The notes below the pieces were generated by a model. It did no database searches. It was not told the DNA's origin and saw nothing but the letters and a program-made list of their open reading frames with translations. Of a stretch of 64,000 nucleotides of DNA, positions 20,496-30,340 are shown piece after piece. Source of the DNA: a virus (Duplodnaviria > Caudoviricetes); the IMG/VR virus record IMGVR_UViG_3300017963_000189; one strand, written 5' to 3'. The position numbers were made by a program, and so were the translations under genes. Within the stretch, counting starts at the first letter, position 1; each line of letters begins with the position of its first letter.

Positions 20496-21140
20496 CTAAA
20501 CCTTTCCACAACACTTCTTATATTTTTTTTGGCTACCACATGGGCAAGGCTCGTTACGACCTACTTTTTTCTCATTCTTGATGGGCTCAAGTTTCCATTC
20601 CCTATCAAACATCAATACACCATTCAAATGATCAACCTCATGTTGAACGGCGACACTCTCTAATAAACTCGTATCATTTTCCATATCATCACGATCTTCG
20701 GCAGCAAAATATAATGTTTGATCCTTTTCCCATACTATACTTACACCATTATATATTCCTACCCAATCAACCTTGACTACTATATTTTTCTTTCTTTTCG
20801 TCCTTACACTGGCTCCAGGAAATGAAACACAACCCTCTTGATACCACGTTTCGCCATCACTCTCGATGATTGTTGGATTGACTAATACTATTGGTTCTTT
20901 CGCCCGAATTACACAAATCTTCTTTCGAATACCAATCTGGGGCGCTGATAGACCAACATCATTTTCATTACGTGCCGATAAAGTAGCCCATAGTTGTTCG
21001 GCTATATCTCCTGCTTCAGTTGTGTCCTTTACTTTAGAACTACGTTTTCGTAATACCGTTTCGTCCGTTATAATAGGGAGAGCACGAGACTTCGCGCTCT
21101 CCTTGAGTGTTTCTTTTAATTCATCTAATGCTTTGCTCAT
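20496..21140 (-). CDS. def: Peptide deformylase with C-terminal SEC-C Zn motif
   Basis: [24 protein letters not shown]; tail [21 protein letters not shown]. Confidence 0.92.
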   Translation of the reverse strand: MSKALDELKETLKESAKSRALPIITDETVLRKRSSKVKDTTEAGDIAEQLWATLSARNENDVGLSAPQIGIRKKICVIRAKEPIVLVNPTIIESDGETWYQEGCVSFPGASVRTKRKKNIVVKVDWVGIYNGVSIVWEKDQTLYFAAEDRDDMENDTSLLESVAVQHEVDHLNGVLMFDREWKLEPIKNEKKVGRNEPCPCGSQKKYKKCCGKV

Positions 21141-21592
21141 TTCTTTTTCCTACCACGTTTTTTCTTTTTATCCTTACCATTCTTTTTATTATACTTAGCA
21201 GCAAGTTTTTGTTGTTTCTTTATACGTTCTTGTTCCTTTTCAAAAGAAGATTTCTTAGCTTTTGGTTCAATTACGGTTGGTTTCTTTGTTCCCTTGAGTT
21301 TAGGTTGTTCCACACCCTTGAAGAAAACATTTCCTTCTGAATCAACAAACTCTTTGTAAAATCTCCAACCACGCGGACGACGAACTTTGTTCTCGTCGGC
21401 TTCGGCTTTCTTTTTCGCCCGTACTAAAGCTTCCGGCGGCCCGGCCATCTTTTGAGTACAACGCCAACATATCCCACCTTTACTGTCACCATCAATTTCA
21501 AGTTCCTCGCCACACCCTTTCATACAAAGTACCCACTTTGTCTCTGCACGTTTAGGTAATGAAAATCTGTTAACTTTTTTTCTGCGAGCCAT
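21137..21592 (-). CDS. Basic hypothetical protein with Cys pairs
   Basis: CxxxC...Cxx[11 protein letters not shown]. Confidence 0.55.
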   Translation of the reverse strand: MARRKKVNRFSLPKRAETKWVLCMKGCGEELEIDGDSKGGICWRCTQKMAGPPEALVRAKKKAEADENKVRRPRGWRFYKEFVDSEGNVFFKGVEQPKLKGTKKPTVIEPKAKKSSFEKEQERIKKQQKLAAKYNKKNGKDKKKKRGRKKK

Positions 21593-21741
21593 TTTTTACT
21601 CCTTTTTAAGTATACATTTCGTCTACTTGTTCTGTTTTTCTTTTTATTGGTTCTTTATTAAATACTTCATTGTTTAATATTACAAATCTCAATACAAGAT
21701 AACCTACTAATATTGACAATAATATTATAATTATTGATTTT

Positions 21742-22248
21742 CTAATTTTTGTCCACTCGATATTTGTTGTAAATCTCATTTAATTCCTTTGCCTTTTCTT
21801 GTGTAAATGTTCCGGGATCGTCACAAAAATTCGCATATATTCCTTGCACTCTCTGTTTATTTACTTGAAAAGCATTTTCTTCAAGTTCCGGAATATCTAT
21901 CTCAGAAAGCAATTCTACAACCATTCTAATCTTGAGTTTTATAGCACTTACTTTCTTCGTGTCGTATTTTGGTTCTACAGGTTGAGGCGATTGTACCGGT
22001 TGTGGTTGATAAGTTGTATTACCAGGATCGTTCCCAAACACATAACCTTTATTCTCTTTTTTTGTTTGAATGTTATACCATTCGCCCATTGAATACTCTT
22101 TTGTTCCCAATGGATTTTTACCTATACTACCCCACTCAACCAAAAACTTACCATTTCCAAGTTCTATCATACGATAAAACTTACTATGATGTTTTCCCGT
22201 GTTATGGTTTAAAGTTGTATTCTCAAAATAATAAACTCGATTTGACAC
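21742..22248 (-). CDS. WGR-domain protein
   Basis: SKFYRMIE...FLVEWGSIG...KKENKGY. Confidence 0.7.
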   Translation of the reverse strand: MSNRVYYFENTTLNHNTGKHHSKFYRMIELGNGKFLVEWGSIGKNPLGTKEYSMGEWYNIQTKKENKGYVFGNDPGNTTYQPQPVQSPQPVEPKYDTKKVSAIKLKIRMVVELLSEIDIPELEENAFQVNKQRVQGIYANFCDDPGTFTQEKAKELNEIYNKYRVDKN

Positions 22249-22362
22249 TTTCTAAAACCTTTCATTTTTTCAGTATACCAATATACAAAATAAAAACATC
22301 TTTGTCAAATGTTTTTTTACTTGATATATAAATATACGAAAAAATAGCTTCATTGTCAACCG

Positions 22363-22632
22363 TTATTTTCGTTTTTTTGTGGCTATTGTTATCCTTTCTT
22401 TCTTTTTATTACTTATCCACTTGACATATTTTTGTATTTTTGGATTCGCCAATAATTTCTCCAATGTGTCATAATTCCTATCTAACTCTTTGTTTGGTAT
22501 AAGTTGATGAACCATGTCCTTACACGAAAGGCATACTTTTATCGTGTCGCCCTTTGAGCCTCCTCGTGCTTTTGGCGTCAGGTGATGTCGAGTAAGTGTT
22601 TCTACATCCCTATTACATAAATTACATATCAT
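22363..22632 (-). CDS. Small HNH endonuclease-like protein
   Basis: CNLC...LTRHHLTPKARGG...VCLSCKDMVH. Confidence 0.8.
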   Translation of the reverse strand: MICNLCNRDVETLTRHHLTPKARGGSKGDTIKVCLSCKDMVHQLIPNKELDRNYDTLEKLLANPKIQKYVKWISNKKKERITIATKKRK

Positions 22633-23117
22633 ATCAAATAAGCTTTTTCAAGTTTATATTTCGTTTTCAAATAATTCTTTCTAAACTTTGTTCGTTCTTT
22701 TCTCAAATCTTCAAGTTCAAGTTTCAATTTGATTATCTTAGCATCAAGACCGTCGTTGTGATTCACAGCTTCCAGGAGCGCTGCAGGTTCTACATTTACA
22801 AACTTCATTATACCCTTTTTATCAAAATGTATTTCGCCTTCATAATGATGTATGGGAAATGGATAAAGATACATATCTTTTCGATACGCAATATTCAAAT
22901 ATTTTTGTGGCTCAAAATATGATCTTTCTTTGTCTTTCCACGTTACTTGAAAAGAAAAATATTTCTTATTCTCTTTGTGTTCCCGTATTTTCTTTTCAAG
23001 ATTTGTGATCTTGTGTTCATATTCCCTATCAATCATATCAGGATTTTCTAACGCAGTTTTGTGAGAATACTTTACAATTTCACCATATAACTTTTCTTTT
23101 CTTCTAAATAACTTCAT
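22629..23117 (-). CDS. Hypothetical protein
   Basis: ORF track, coupled stop/start. Confidence 0.5.
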   Translation of the reverse strand: MKLFRRKEKLYGEIVKYSHKTALENPDMIDREYEHKITNLEKKIREHKENKKYFSFQVTWKDKERSYFEPQKYLNIAYRKDMYLYPFPIHHYEGEIHFDKKGIMKFVNVEPAALLEAVNHNDGLDAKIIKLKLELEDLRKERTKFRKNYLKTKYKLEKAYLI

Positions 23118-23512
23118 TTGATGTTTCCTTTCCTCAAAATTTCACCTAAATGTATTTTATATAATCCTTCGTCACGATCCTTTACAATCCCTAACATTTT
23201 TACATCCATCCAAGGCTTGTCGGCTCCATAACCATTTACAAAATGTATGTAATCATATTTCTTGTCCTCTAACCTCTTTGACCAATAACCCTTGATTTCC
23301 CTATTCTCTACTTTCTTTTCGCCACATAAAATGGCGTCAAAATACTCTTTCATCAATGTCAAATGTAATACTTTATCCACTTTATTCTCCCTTTCCTTTT
23401 TTCCCTTTAACCAACTCTTATATAATAATGATCCTTTTGGAGCATAACCGGGTGCGGGTAACCCATCTAAACCTCTCTGGTATGCTGATCCCATATTTCC
23501 TAATGTTTTCAT
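23114..23512 (-). CDS. ASCH-domain protein
   Basis: LHLTLMKEYFDAILCGEKKVENRE...YDYIHFVNGY. Confidence 0.8.
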   Translation of the reverse strand: MKTLGNMGSAYQRGLDGLPAPGYAPKGSLLYKSWLKGKKERENKVDKVLHLTLMKEYFDAILCGEKKVENREIKGYWSKRLEDKKYDYIHFVNGYGADKPWMDVKMLGIVKDRDEGLYKIHLGEILRKGNIK

Positions 23513-23886
23513 CTATTATACCATACTATTGTGTCAAAATCTTTCCTAACCATATTGTGTTTTACATCACTTGGATATATCTCGATGTCGGTTTCTTGAC
23601 CATCTTTTACATAATGACCAAATCCGTCATAATCAATAAATCCACCACACTTTACACATTCAACAAAATGTTCTATTGACATAACATCACCGTAATCCGG
23701 AAGCTCACTCAATTTGTAAGATTTTATCAACCTATATTTTCTACTCAACTCATTTAATTTTTTCCGTTCAGGTAATGTATATTCTTGATATAATTCAAAT
23801 GGTTTACTATAATCCCATTCCTGCTCTTTTTTCTCAAGTTCTTTTTCAACTTTTTTTGCTTCTTCTAATAGTTGTTTTTCATCCAT
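23509..23886 (-). CDS. Hypothetical protein
   Basis: ORF track; GGFIDYDGFG motif. Confidence 0.55.
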   Translation of the reverse strand: MDEKQLLEEAKKVEKELEKKEQEWDYSKPFELYQEYTLPERKKLNELSRKYRLIKSYKLSELPDYGDVMSIEHFVECVKCGGFIDYDGFGHYVKDGQETDIEIYPSDVKHNMVRKDFDTIVWYNR

Positions 23887-23887
23887 C

Positions 23888-24883
23888 TTAATACCCCAAA
23901 ATTTCGCTTATATGTTTTTTAGCTTGTTCTATACGATCATTATAATCGTCGCCATGAATTATCTTATATTCCCAATTACGATTGTCTAACTCTTTCCTAA
24001 TCATTCCATAATGTTCAACCCTACGATTTGAAAATGTCCTTGTTCCATCGTCAACCCAAGGCACTTCAGGTGTCAAAAGTAAATGTAAATGATACTTACT
24101 ATTCCACGACTGTGTCGCTATCCACGCTGGACACGGAACGTTATATAACTCCGCCCACGTCTGTGTCGTCATTAAATCCGTATCACAAATCAATAACCGG
24201 TTCGCGTGTCTCGCAACTTCATCTTCCCATTGTAATTGACCAGCAGCTATCCGTGAAAAATCCATTGAATTTATCTGAGCGTTCCTTTTCATATTGTCAG
24301 TATATACCCTACCATATTCAGGTACAAAAGCTGTCTTGTAATGTACGGCTAATTCGTGTGCCATTGTTGTCTTTCCAACAGATTCAGGTCCAACTAATAC
24401 CACTTTCTTGGCGAAAAAATGACGAGCTTCCTTTGGTATCATTTCCCAGTTCGTCATTGGATTTCCACGAATATCCGTCCCTGATATTGGAAATGTAACT
24501 CTCAACTTGTCCACACATTCATGTTTGATACCAAAAATCTCAGATATTTGATTACCATATTCCTCAGATGTAAATACCACATCTAAATTGCTTGGTGTAT
24601 TATCCTTGATTATTTGTGTCCACACTTCCCAAAATTTTACCGGACCTTGATCATAAGTTTCAGGATAATCAGGTACATTTGTCAAGTGAATGACATTTGC
24701 TTTTGGGAACTTTTCTTTGATCCAATTATAACGAAGATAACCGGGTATAAATTCCGACTCCAAACTACATATTAATATTGTTAAGTTTTTCGCCCGTTTG
24801 AGCCCTTCCTCAATCAAATATGAATGTCCATTGTGTAAAGGATAAAACTTACCTAATATCAACCCATGTTTATACATGACCAT
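23888..24883 (-). CDS. nadR: NadR-type NMN adenylyltransferase/nicotinamide riboside kinase (no HTH)
   Basis: GKFYPLHNGH (HIGH-like), ISGTDIR, GPESVGKTT P-loop, LICDTD, PWVDDGTR. Confidence 0.92.
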   Translation of the reverse strand: MVMYKHGLILGKFYPLHNGHSYLIEEGLKRAKNLTILICSLESEFIPGYLRYNWIKEKFPKANVIHLTNVPDYPETYDQGPVKFWEVWTQIIKDNTPSNLDVVFTSEEYGNQISEIFGIKHECVDKLRVTFPISGTDIRGNPMTNWEMIPKEARHFFAKKVVLVGPESVGKTTMAHELAVHYKTAFVPEYGRVYTDNMKRNAQINSMDFSRIAAGQLQWEDEVARHANRLLICDTDLMTTQTWAELYNVPCPAWIATQSWNSKYHLHLLLTPEVPWVDDGTRTFSNRRVEHYGMIRKELDNRNWEYKIIHGDDYNDRIEQAKKHISEILGY

Positions 24884-26192
24884 TTCCCTCTATTATTTCT
24901 TCCCATGTTATTTTCTTACCACTACTATTGTTTGACATCGTTAAAAATTCGATGGCTCTCGAGGCAGCTGTGTAAAGCCAGCGGGGATTGTCGCCCCAAT
25001 AATCGTTGTGAATGTATACATTATCCCACTGTGAGCCTTGTGACTTGTGAGCCGTTATCGCATATCCATATGTTGTTATCAAAACGCTTCTACTCAATAT
25101 AGGTTTCTTGTAAAACTTTCTATCAATCAAATGTTCCAAATCAAAAGGTAATGTGGTTATATCTATCTCAGGATGATAGATTGATGGGCGTACCGTATTC
25201 GGGAATAAAAACATATCATACTCTCCATCACGACCCATTATTTCTACTTTACAATAATAACAATCTCCAAAACTATCGCCATCTTTGGAATAGATTTCTA
25301 ATGGGCGAATGTCGATTACTTTGTTTACCCGGAATGTCTCCGAATTCTTGTAAGTAGGTGAATTAGCAATCACGATTATTTGATCAGTCTTCCGGAGCGC
25401 ACTTGGTTCTTCACCAAACTTGTGTGTTCTGGCCAACTTGTTCAACAATACTCGTGTCTTGTTTTTCGCCACAATGAAAACACTATCATCATAGTTTTTT
25501 AAGCCGTCAAGCCATTTCTTTCCAACTTCCTCAATGTCTAAAACATCCACTTCATCTTTTGACTTTGTTGGAACACAGGACTTCTTTATTTCTCTCAACT
25601 TTGTAACATAGTCAAGGATAACTCCATCATGACGTTGAACATTTTTTAACTCGTAATGTGGATTCCTCAATACTTTTGGATCATCACCGACTGGCTCAAG
25701 TTGAAATCCATCACCTATCTTTATTACTTTCGCCCCATGTTTGGCGATGTGTTTGTTGATGTCGTTGTTTACAAATGTGTCTATCATACTCGATTCATCT
25801 ATGATAACAAGTTGTCCTTGTGTAAAACTACACTTGGCATTCCAGTTTCCATCGTCGTCGGGCTCGCCATAGAGCAAACTGTGTAACGTCCTAAACTTTT
25901 CCTTGTAATCAATTAACCCGGCTAACCAATCTGCTGACTTGTGTCTCAATACCTTGACCGCAGCATTTGTTGGTGCTGATACATAAACATCATAATGTAA
26001 AATGTCACGAGCATATGAAAATATGTTTTCTATGATTGTGGTTTTACCTGTTCCAGCATATCCTGCTAACTTGAAAGTATTCAAGTTTTGATCATACGTT
26101 TTTGGTTTCTTTAGAAATTTCTCAACTTCCAGTAACGCTTCCTTTTGATCCTTTGTATAACTAATCTTTTCACTACGTTGTTTGAGTATCAT
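24870..26192 (-). CDS. SF1B helicase (Dda/RecD2-like)
   Basis: GYAGTGKTT, APTNAAVKVL, IIDESSMI, IGDGFQLEPV, YAITAHKSQGSQW, YTAASRA. Confidence 0.9.
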   Translation of the reverse strand: MILKQRSEKISYTKDQKEALLEVEKFLKKPKTYDQNLNTFKLAGYAGTGKTTIIENIFSYARDILHYDVYVSAPTNAAVKVLRHKSADWLAGLIDYKEKFRTLHSLLYGEPDDDGNWNAKCSFTQGQLVIIDESSMIDTFVNNDINKHIAKHGAKVIKIGDGFQLEPVGDDPKVLRNPHYELKNVQRHDGVILDYVTKLREIKKSCVPTKSKDEVDVLDIEEVGKKWLDGLKNYDDSVFIVAKNKTRVLLNKLARTHKFGEEPSALRKTDQIIVIANSPTYKNSETFRVNKVIDIRPLEIYSKDGDSFGDCYYCKVEIMGRDGEYDMFLFPNTVRPSIYHPEIDITTLPFDLEHLIDRKFYKKPILSRSVLITTYGYAITAHKSQGSQWDNVYIHNDYWGDNPRWLYTAASRAIEFLTMSNNSSGKKITWEEIIEGNGHV

Positions 26193-26772
26193 ATAACTCT
26201 CTCCATTTCCTGTAACCTTGTAACGCCATAAAGAAGAATAAGGCGTATAATCCTGCTGTCATATATAATTCTTTGTAAATAAAAACACCTACATAAATAA
26301 CATCTACTGTGATCCATAAAAACCAATTCTCTATATATCGTTTCGCCAGATAAAAGTTGGCGACCAAACTCAATGATGTGGTAAATGAATCTATAATAGG
26401 AATATCCGGTTGTCCAATGTAACCACCTTGATACAATCCCATTATTATACTATAAATGAACCACGTTCCTACTAAAACATACATCATAATGGTTAAAACC
26501 ATTGTGTCTTTTGGACACGCAGCAAATTGATCCTTATACCTTGTTATTGGTGCTGGTGGCTTGTTACGCAGTTTCGCCCAATTATACCATCCATAAAATG
26601 ATTGACACAAAAATACGATTTGTGTTATGACCTCGGCGTACAGGTTCACAGAGAAAAACAAATGTAAATAAGCACTTACTCCAATAATACCTAACGGCCA
26701 CGCAATAACCTTGTTTTGTATAGTAAAATATACACACGCTAATGTGAATAGAACAGCAATAATTTCTATCAT
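26173..26772 (-). CDS. pnuC: PnuC-family nicotinamide riboside/vitamin transporter
   Basis: AWPLGIIG, QSFYGWYNW, DSFTTSLSLVANFYLAKRYIENWFLWITVD. Confidence 0.92.
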   Translation of the reverse strand: MIEIIAVLFTLACVYFTIQNKVIAWPLGIIGVSAYLHLFFSVNLYAEVITQIVFLCQSFYGWYNWAKLRNKPPAPITRYKDQFAACPKDTMVLTIMMYVLVGTWFIYSIIMGLYQGGYIGQPDIPIIDSFTTSLSLVANFYLAKRYIENWFLWITVDVIYVGVFIYKELYMTAGLYALFFFMALQGYRKWRELYDTQTT

Positions 26773-28697
26773 AAGTTTATTGTAACTCCAAGTGTATAGT
26801 TTCTTAAAGCAGCTACATAATAGTTTGCTCCATCATATACATAACCACTATTATAATAATCATTATCAAACACATTGTTTATTGTAAAACTAAATATCAA
26901 CTCTTTGAATGTCGTTTTGAAATATAAATCAGTAACAAAATATGGTTTCATCTTCGTTGTGTTTTCATTATCTAAAAATGATTCTCCCATATATCTACAA
27001 TATACTCCACTCGTAAAATAATGATTTACATTGTAAATCAAGTTCCCGGTGTAAGTCAACTCCGGACTTAACAATGGAGTAACATCTTTGTAGACGCCGT
27101 ACTCTTTTATATTCGATTTATTCACACCTATAAAATTGAACATACTCAAATCTTTTGAAAACTTATATGTTGATTCAATTTCTATTCCTTGTCTTGTACT
27201 CTTTGGTACATTCATTCTCAATGGTAATCCAATGTAACTTAGTTCACCTATGGCGGCGATTTCATTGGTGAAATCCATATGATATAGATTTACATTCAAT
27301 GTGAAGTCCTTTTCAATATACTTAATTCCCGCCTCAATGTCAAGAACTTTTTCTGGCTCAACTTGATAAGCTTCGTGAATGTTATCTTCATTTAGATCAT
27401 CTTCGCCATTGAATAAATCGTTTCGTGTTGGTTCTCTCATGTTTTGACCAATAGAAACATAATACATTCCATACTTTACGCCGACCTTTGGATTCACAAA
27501 TAACCATGAAGTTTTTGGTGGCGAAACACTACCATTGTAAATAAACTCGTTGTATCTTACTTGTACGTCACCAAATAAATCTATGTCTCTCGTTATGTCA
27601 TAACTACCTTTTATAAAACCACTCGCCTCATTCTTGATCCCATAATTCTTGTAAACCTCGTCGCCAATTATATCCATTGAATGATTTCGTTTATAGGTGT
27701 ATAAATGAAAACCCGAGTATAGTTTTAACCTTGTAAAATCATAGTTTACATTTAATATGTTACCTAAATAGTATGAATCTAAATTAAAGTTCAACATATC
27801 CTCTGCCAGAACACCATATGTACCATCTAACTTGATAAAATAGATTGTATTCGTTACGTGTTCACTCATATATGATAATGAATTGAACCAATAATGAAAA
27901 TGATCCTTTTCGTTGGGCGACAAGTAATTCATTTGACGATTGTAACTTAAATCATTTTCGTGTGTCGCCAGGTACGCCATTTCATTCTCTTGATTTCCAT
28001 AAAATGTTATATACTTGAATGCATAGTTTTCCTTGAATACTCCACCACTTAAATAAAATGAATAACCATAATGACCGGAATTGTCACGGTAACCTTTCGT
28101 ATTTACCCTTGAAAATCTTAGATTCAAGCCAATACCATCTTCATTTATACCGAAACTCTGTTCCGCCATGAACTTGTATGTATTGTATGATCCATAATTG
28201 AAATTCAACCTTGAGTATTCTTCGTCTAAAGTCTTTGATGTGAAATTGAGTGATCCACCATAAGAAGCTGTACCATTACTTGTAGTTCCAACTCCACGTT
28301 GTATTTGTACATCTTGAACGGAACTCAAAAAATCAGGATAGTTGTTGAAATAAACTCCCATATCTTCAGGTTCATTTAGTGGAACACCATCTAATGTAGC
28401 ATTGATCCTTGTTTGATCAATCCCGCGAAGGCGAAAATAAGAATAACCATAAAATGTTCCCATGTCAGAATAAAACTGAATCGCGGGAGTGTATGTCAGC
28501 ATCGCTGGAACATCTTTGTCGTCTAAAGGTATTTGTTGTAAATCATCTTGAGAATATGTTTTCTCTGTAATAGGATTATCTTTTATTCTAAGATGTCCTA
28601 CAACTGAAATTTCTCCATCATATTCATAAACCTTTAGTGTATCTTGTGAAAATACAAATGAAACAAACAACAATAAAATAACCATTATTTTAAACAT
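26769..28697 (-). CDS. TonB-dependent outer-membrane receptor (start taken at MFKIMVILL)
   Basis: Signal peptide; plug motif RLRGIDQTRINATLDGVPLNEPED...QIQRGVGTTSNGTASYGGSLNF; barrel end NNVFDNDY...RNYTLGVTINL. Confidence 0.88.
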   Translation of the reverse strand: MFKIMVILLLFVSFVFSQDTLKVYEYDGEISVVGHLRIKDNPITEKTYSQDDLQQIPLDDKDVPAMLTYTPAIQFYSDMGTFYGYSYFRLRGIDQTRINATLDGVPLNEPEDMGVYFNNYPDFLSSVQDVQIQRGVGTTSNGTASYGGSLNFTSKTLDEEYSRLNFNYGSYNTYKFMAEQSFGINEDGIGLNLRFSRVNTKGYRDNSGHYGYSFYLSGGVFKENYAFKYITFYGNQENEMAYLATHENDLSYNRQMNYLSPNEKDHFHYWFNSLSYMSEHVTNTIYFIKLDGTYGVLAEDMLNFNLDSYYLGNILNVNYDFTRLKLYSGFHLYTYKRNHSMDIIGDEVYKNYGIKNEASGFIKGSYDITRDIDLFGDVQVRYNEFIYNGSVSPPKTSWLFVNPKVGVKYGMYYVSIGQNMREPTRNDLFNGEDDLNEDNIHEAYQVEPEKVLDIEAGIKYIEKDFTLNVNLYHMDFTNEIAAIGELSYIGLPLRMNVPKSTRQGIEIESTYKFSKDLSMFNFIGVNKSNIKEYGVYKDVTPLLSPELTYTGNLIYNVNHYFTSGVYCRYMGESFLDNENTTKMKPYFVTDLYFKTTFKELIFSFTINNVFDNDYYNSGYVYDGANYYVAALRNYTLGVTINL

Positions 28698-28710
28698 AAC
28701 TACCCCTTTC

Positions 28711-28965
28711 TTATCTAAATGCGATAAAGTCCAATTCATCAAGTTTAACTGTTTGGCAAAATGGATGTGAATCTTTCGGGTCTTTTGGTTGCATAACCAC
28801 TATTCCCATTTCGTCTTTTGTTTCGCCGTCTGGGCTTACTCTTGTCCATTGATGAACTAATGTTACACGACATTCATTATATGATTCATCCTTGAACTTT
28901 ACCCACGGCCCTTCACTCATTTCGATTTTTTTCATCACTTCCCCAATATGTTTTTGTCGATCCAT
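28711..28965 (-). CDS. Hypothetical protein
   Basis: ORF track. Confidence 0.45.
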   Translation of the reverse strand: MDRQKHIGEVMKKIEMSEGPWVKFKDESYNECRVTLVHQWTRVSPDGETKDEMGIVVMQPKDPKDSHPFCQTVKLDELDFIAFR

Positions 28966-29123
28966 AAATCGGCACCACGATATGTATTAAAATATCTTAT
29001 CGTCCACCATATAATAAATTTACCTTGAACAGCGTAAAGCGTTTCATTCCAATCACCCATCATATTTGGCGAATGAATAGGTTTTACTCTGTACTTACTA
29101 AACAAGATTGCACTTAATGACAT
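28935..29123 (-). CDS. Small hypothetical protein (start probably MSLSAILF)
   Basis: 3' part of track ORF 28935..29225. Confidence 0.4.
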   Translation of the reverse strand: MSLSAILFSKYRVKPIHSPNMMGDWNETLYAVQGKFIIWWTIRYFNTYRGADLWIDKNILGK

Positions 29124-29282
29124 TACATAACCCTTTCTAATTTGTCCATCGTATATACATTTATATGATTTAATCTGCGATCTAAAATAACCCGTGGTGA
29201 CTTTTTCCAAGACGGAGCAATCCATAGAATTATTGCTGTTTCCTTTTCGCCTATGAGGCGAACTTTATCACCACTTTTCATA
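29123..29282 (-). CDS. Small hypothetical protein (MKSGDKVRLIG..., SH3/KOW-like)
   Basis: 3' part of track ORF 29123..29308, following the tRNA-like RNA. Confidence 0.4.
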
Positions 29283-29283
29283 G

Positions 29284-29363
29284 AACTCTCGGTGAGATTC
29301 GAACTCACGTTTTCAGCTCCGGCTACGGCTAACAGGGTCGAAACCTGCCCCGGCTACGAGAGC
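29284..29363 (-). ncRNA. Non-canonical tRNA-like RNA, anticodon UCG (Arg), D-loop motif displaced 3' of anticodon arm
   Basis: Acceptor GCTCTCG/CGAGAGT, T-arm GTGAG-TTCGAAT-CTCAC, hairpin GCAGG-TT TCG AC-CCTGT, no D-arm. Confidence 0.75.
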
Positions 29364-29366
29364 ATT

Positions 29367-29486
29367 TTAATGCCATGCGTTATCAAACCAAATCCTTAAA
29401 GTTAAATACGCAAATGCTAATATACCAATAATGGCTGCTATTAATATACCAACTACCTTAAAAACTATTTTAAATACTTTGGACAT
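29367..29486 (-). CDS. 39-aa membrane peptide (MSKVFKIVFKVVGILIAAIIGILAFAYLTLRIWFDNAWH)
   Basis: Read by hand; GGAG RBS; single hydrophobic helix. Confidence 0.5.
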   Translation of the reverse strand: MSKVFKIVFKVVGILIAAIIGILAFAYLTLRIWFDNAWH

Positions 29487-29507
29487 AATTCACTCCAAGT
29501 TAATAAG

Positions 29508-29587
29508 AACCGTCGGCGAGATTCGAACTCGCATTTTCAGCTCCAATTACGATTAGTTGCTTAGAAGGCAACCTCGGCTACGACGGC
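29508..29587 (-). ncRNA. Non-canonical tRNA-like RNA, anticodon UCU (Arg), same architecture as 29284
   Basis: Acceptor GCCGTCG/CGACGGT, T-arm GCGAG-TTCGAAT-CTCGC, hairpin GTTGC-CT TCT AA-GCAAC. Confidence 0.75.
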
Positions 29588-29782
29588 TTATTTTCGTTTC
29601 AAGTCGGTTACGATTTCCCCACAATCGGGGCAAGTCAACCAATTCCACATTCCACCTTTGGCTAAAGTTTCTTTCAAACTTTTATACCTAAACGATTTTA
29701 CACATTTGTTACAAAAATAGTTGAAACCCTTTTTTGTAACCGTTACTTGTTCATCTAAACCCTTAGATGTATTTCTTGGCAT
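29588..29782 (-). CDS. Zn-ribbon protein
   Basis: CNKC...CPDCG. Confidence 0.6.
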   Translation of the reverse strand: MPRNTSKGLDEQVTVTKKGFNYFCNKCVKSFRYKSLKETLAKGGMWNWLTCPDCGEIVTDLKRK

Positions 29783-30266
29783 ATTCGTGATCCTTTGAAA
29801 AATTACTTACATTACTTTTTAACGCTTTCTTCAAGTCACCAAAATACTTGTCTATCGATTTTAGGATTTGATCAGGTGATCCAGTTTTCTTACGTACAGG
29901 AACTTTTACTCTATCATACGCCATATAAGAATCAGGACCCGGTTTAATAACAAAACTTCCTGCTCCACTTGGATCAAATTGAAGTTTATCTTTCATCTTA
30001 CCACTTTTTTCAAATCCCCAAATAAACATACGATTACTAACTATATCATTTTCAAAATATCCACCAGACCAATCATTCTTTTGACCTAACGCGAATACGA
30101 TATGAATACTCGGTTCAAAACGTCCACCAAATTCAACTTGAGAAAATGACTTTGGAAAATGTTTCTTTATTACACTTTCAATTTGTTTCACAAAATCATC
30201 AGTACTCATTGTTGCTTCGTTGAGTTTACCCTTTTCCAATACTTCTTTCCATTGTTTACTATCCAT
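29763..30266 (-). CDS. Hypothetical protein (N-terminal ...KLNE motif)
   Basis: ORF with RBS and ATATTTATA/TTGACA promoter. Confidence 0.55.
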   Translation of the reverse strand: MDSKQWKEVLEKGKLNEATMSTDDFVKQIESVIKKHFPKSFSQVEFGGRFEPSIHIVFALGQKNDWSGGYFENDIVSNRMFIWGFEKSGKMKDKLQFDPSGAGSFVIKPGPDSYMAYDRVKVPVRKKTGSPDQILKSIDKYFGDLKKALKSNVSNFSKDHEYAKKYI

Positions 30267-30340
30267 CTATATTCTCCATAAATGATTACTTATATAAATA
30301 TACGAAAAATAAAAAGAATTGTCAACTGTTTTCTGATTTT

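Noticed and set aside
22363-22632. HNH gene as a mobile homing element/intron
   Set aside because: Free-standing 89-aa ORF with no interrupted host gene or intron structure around it
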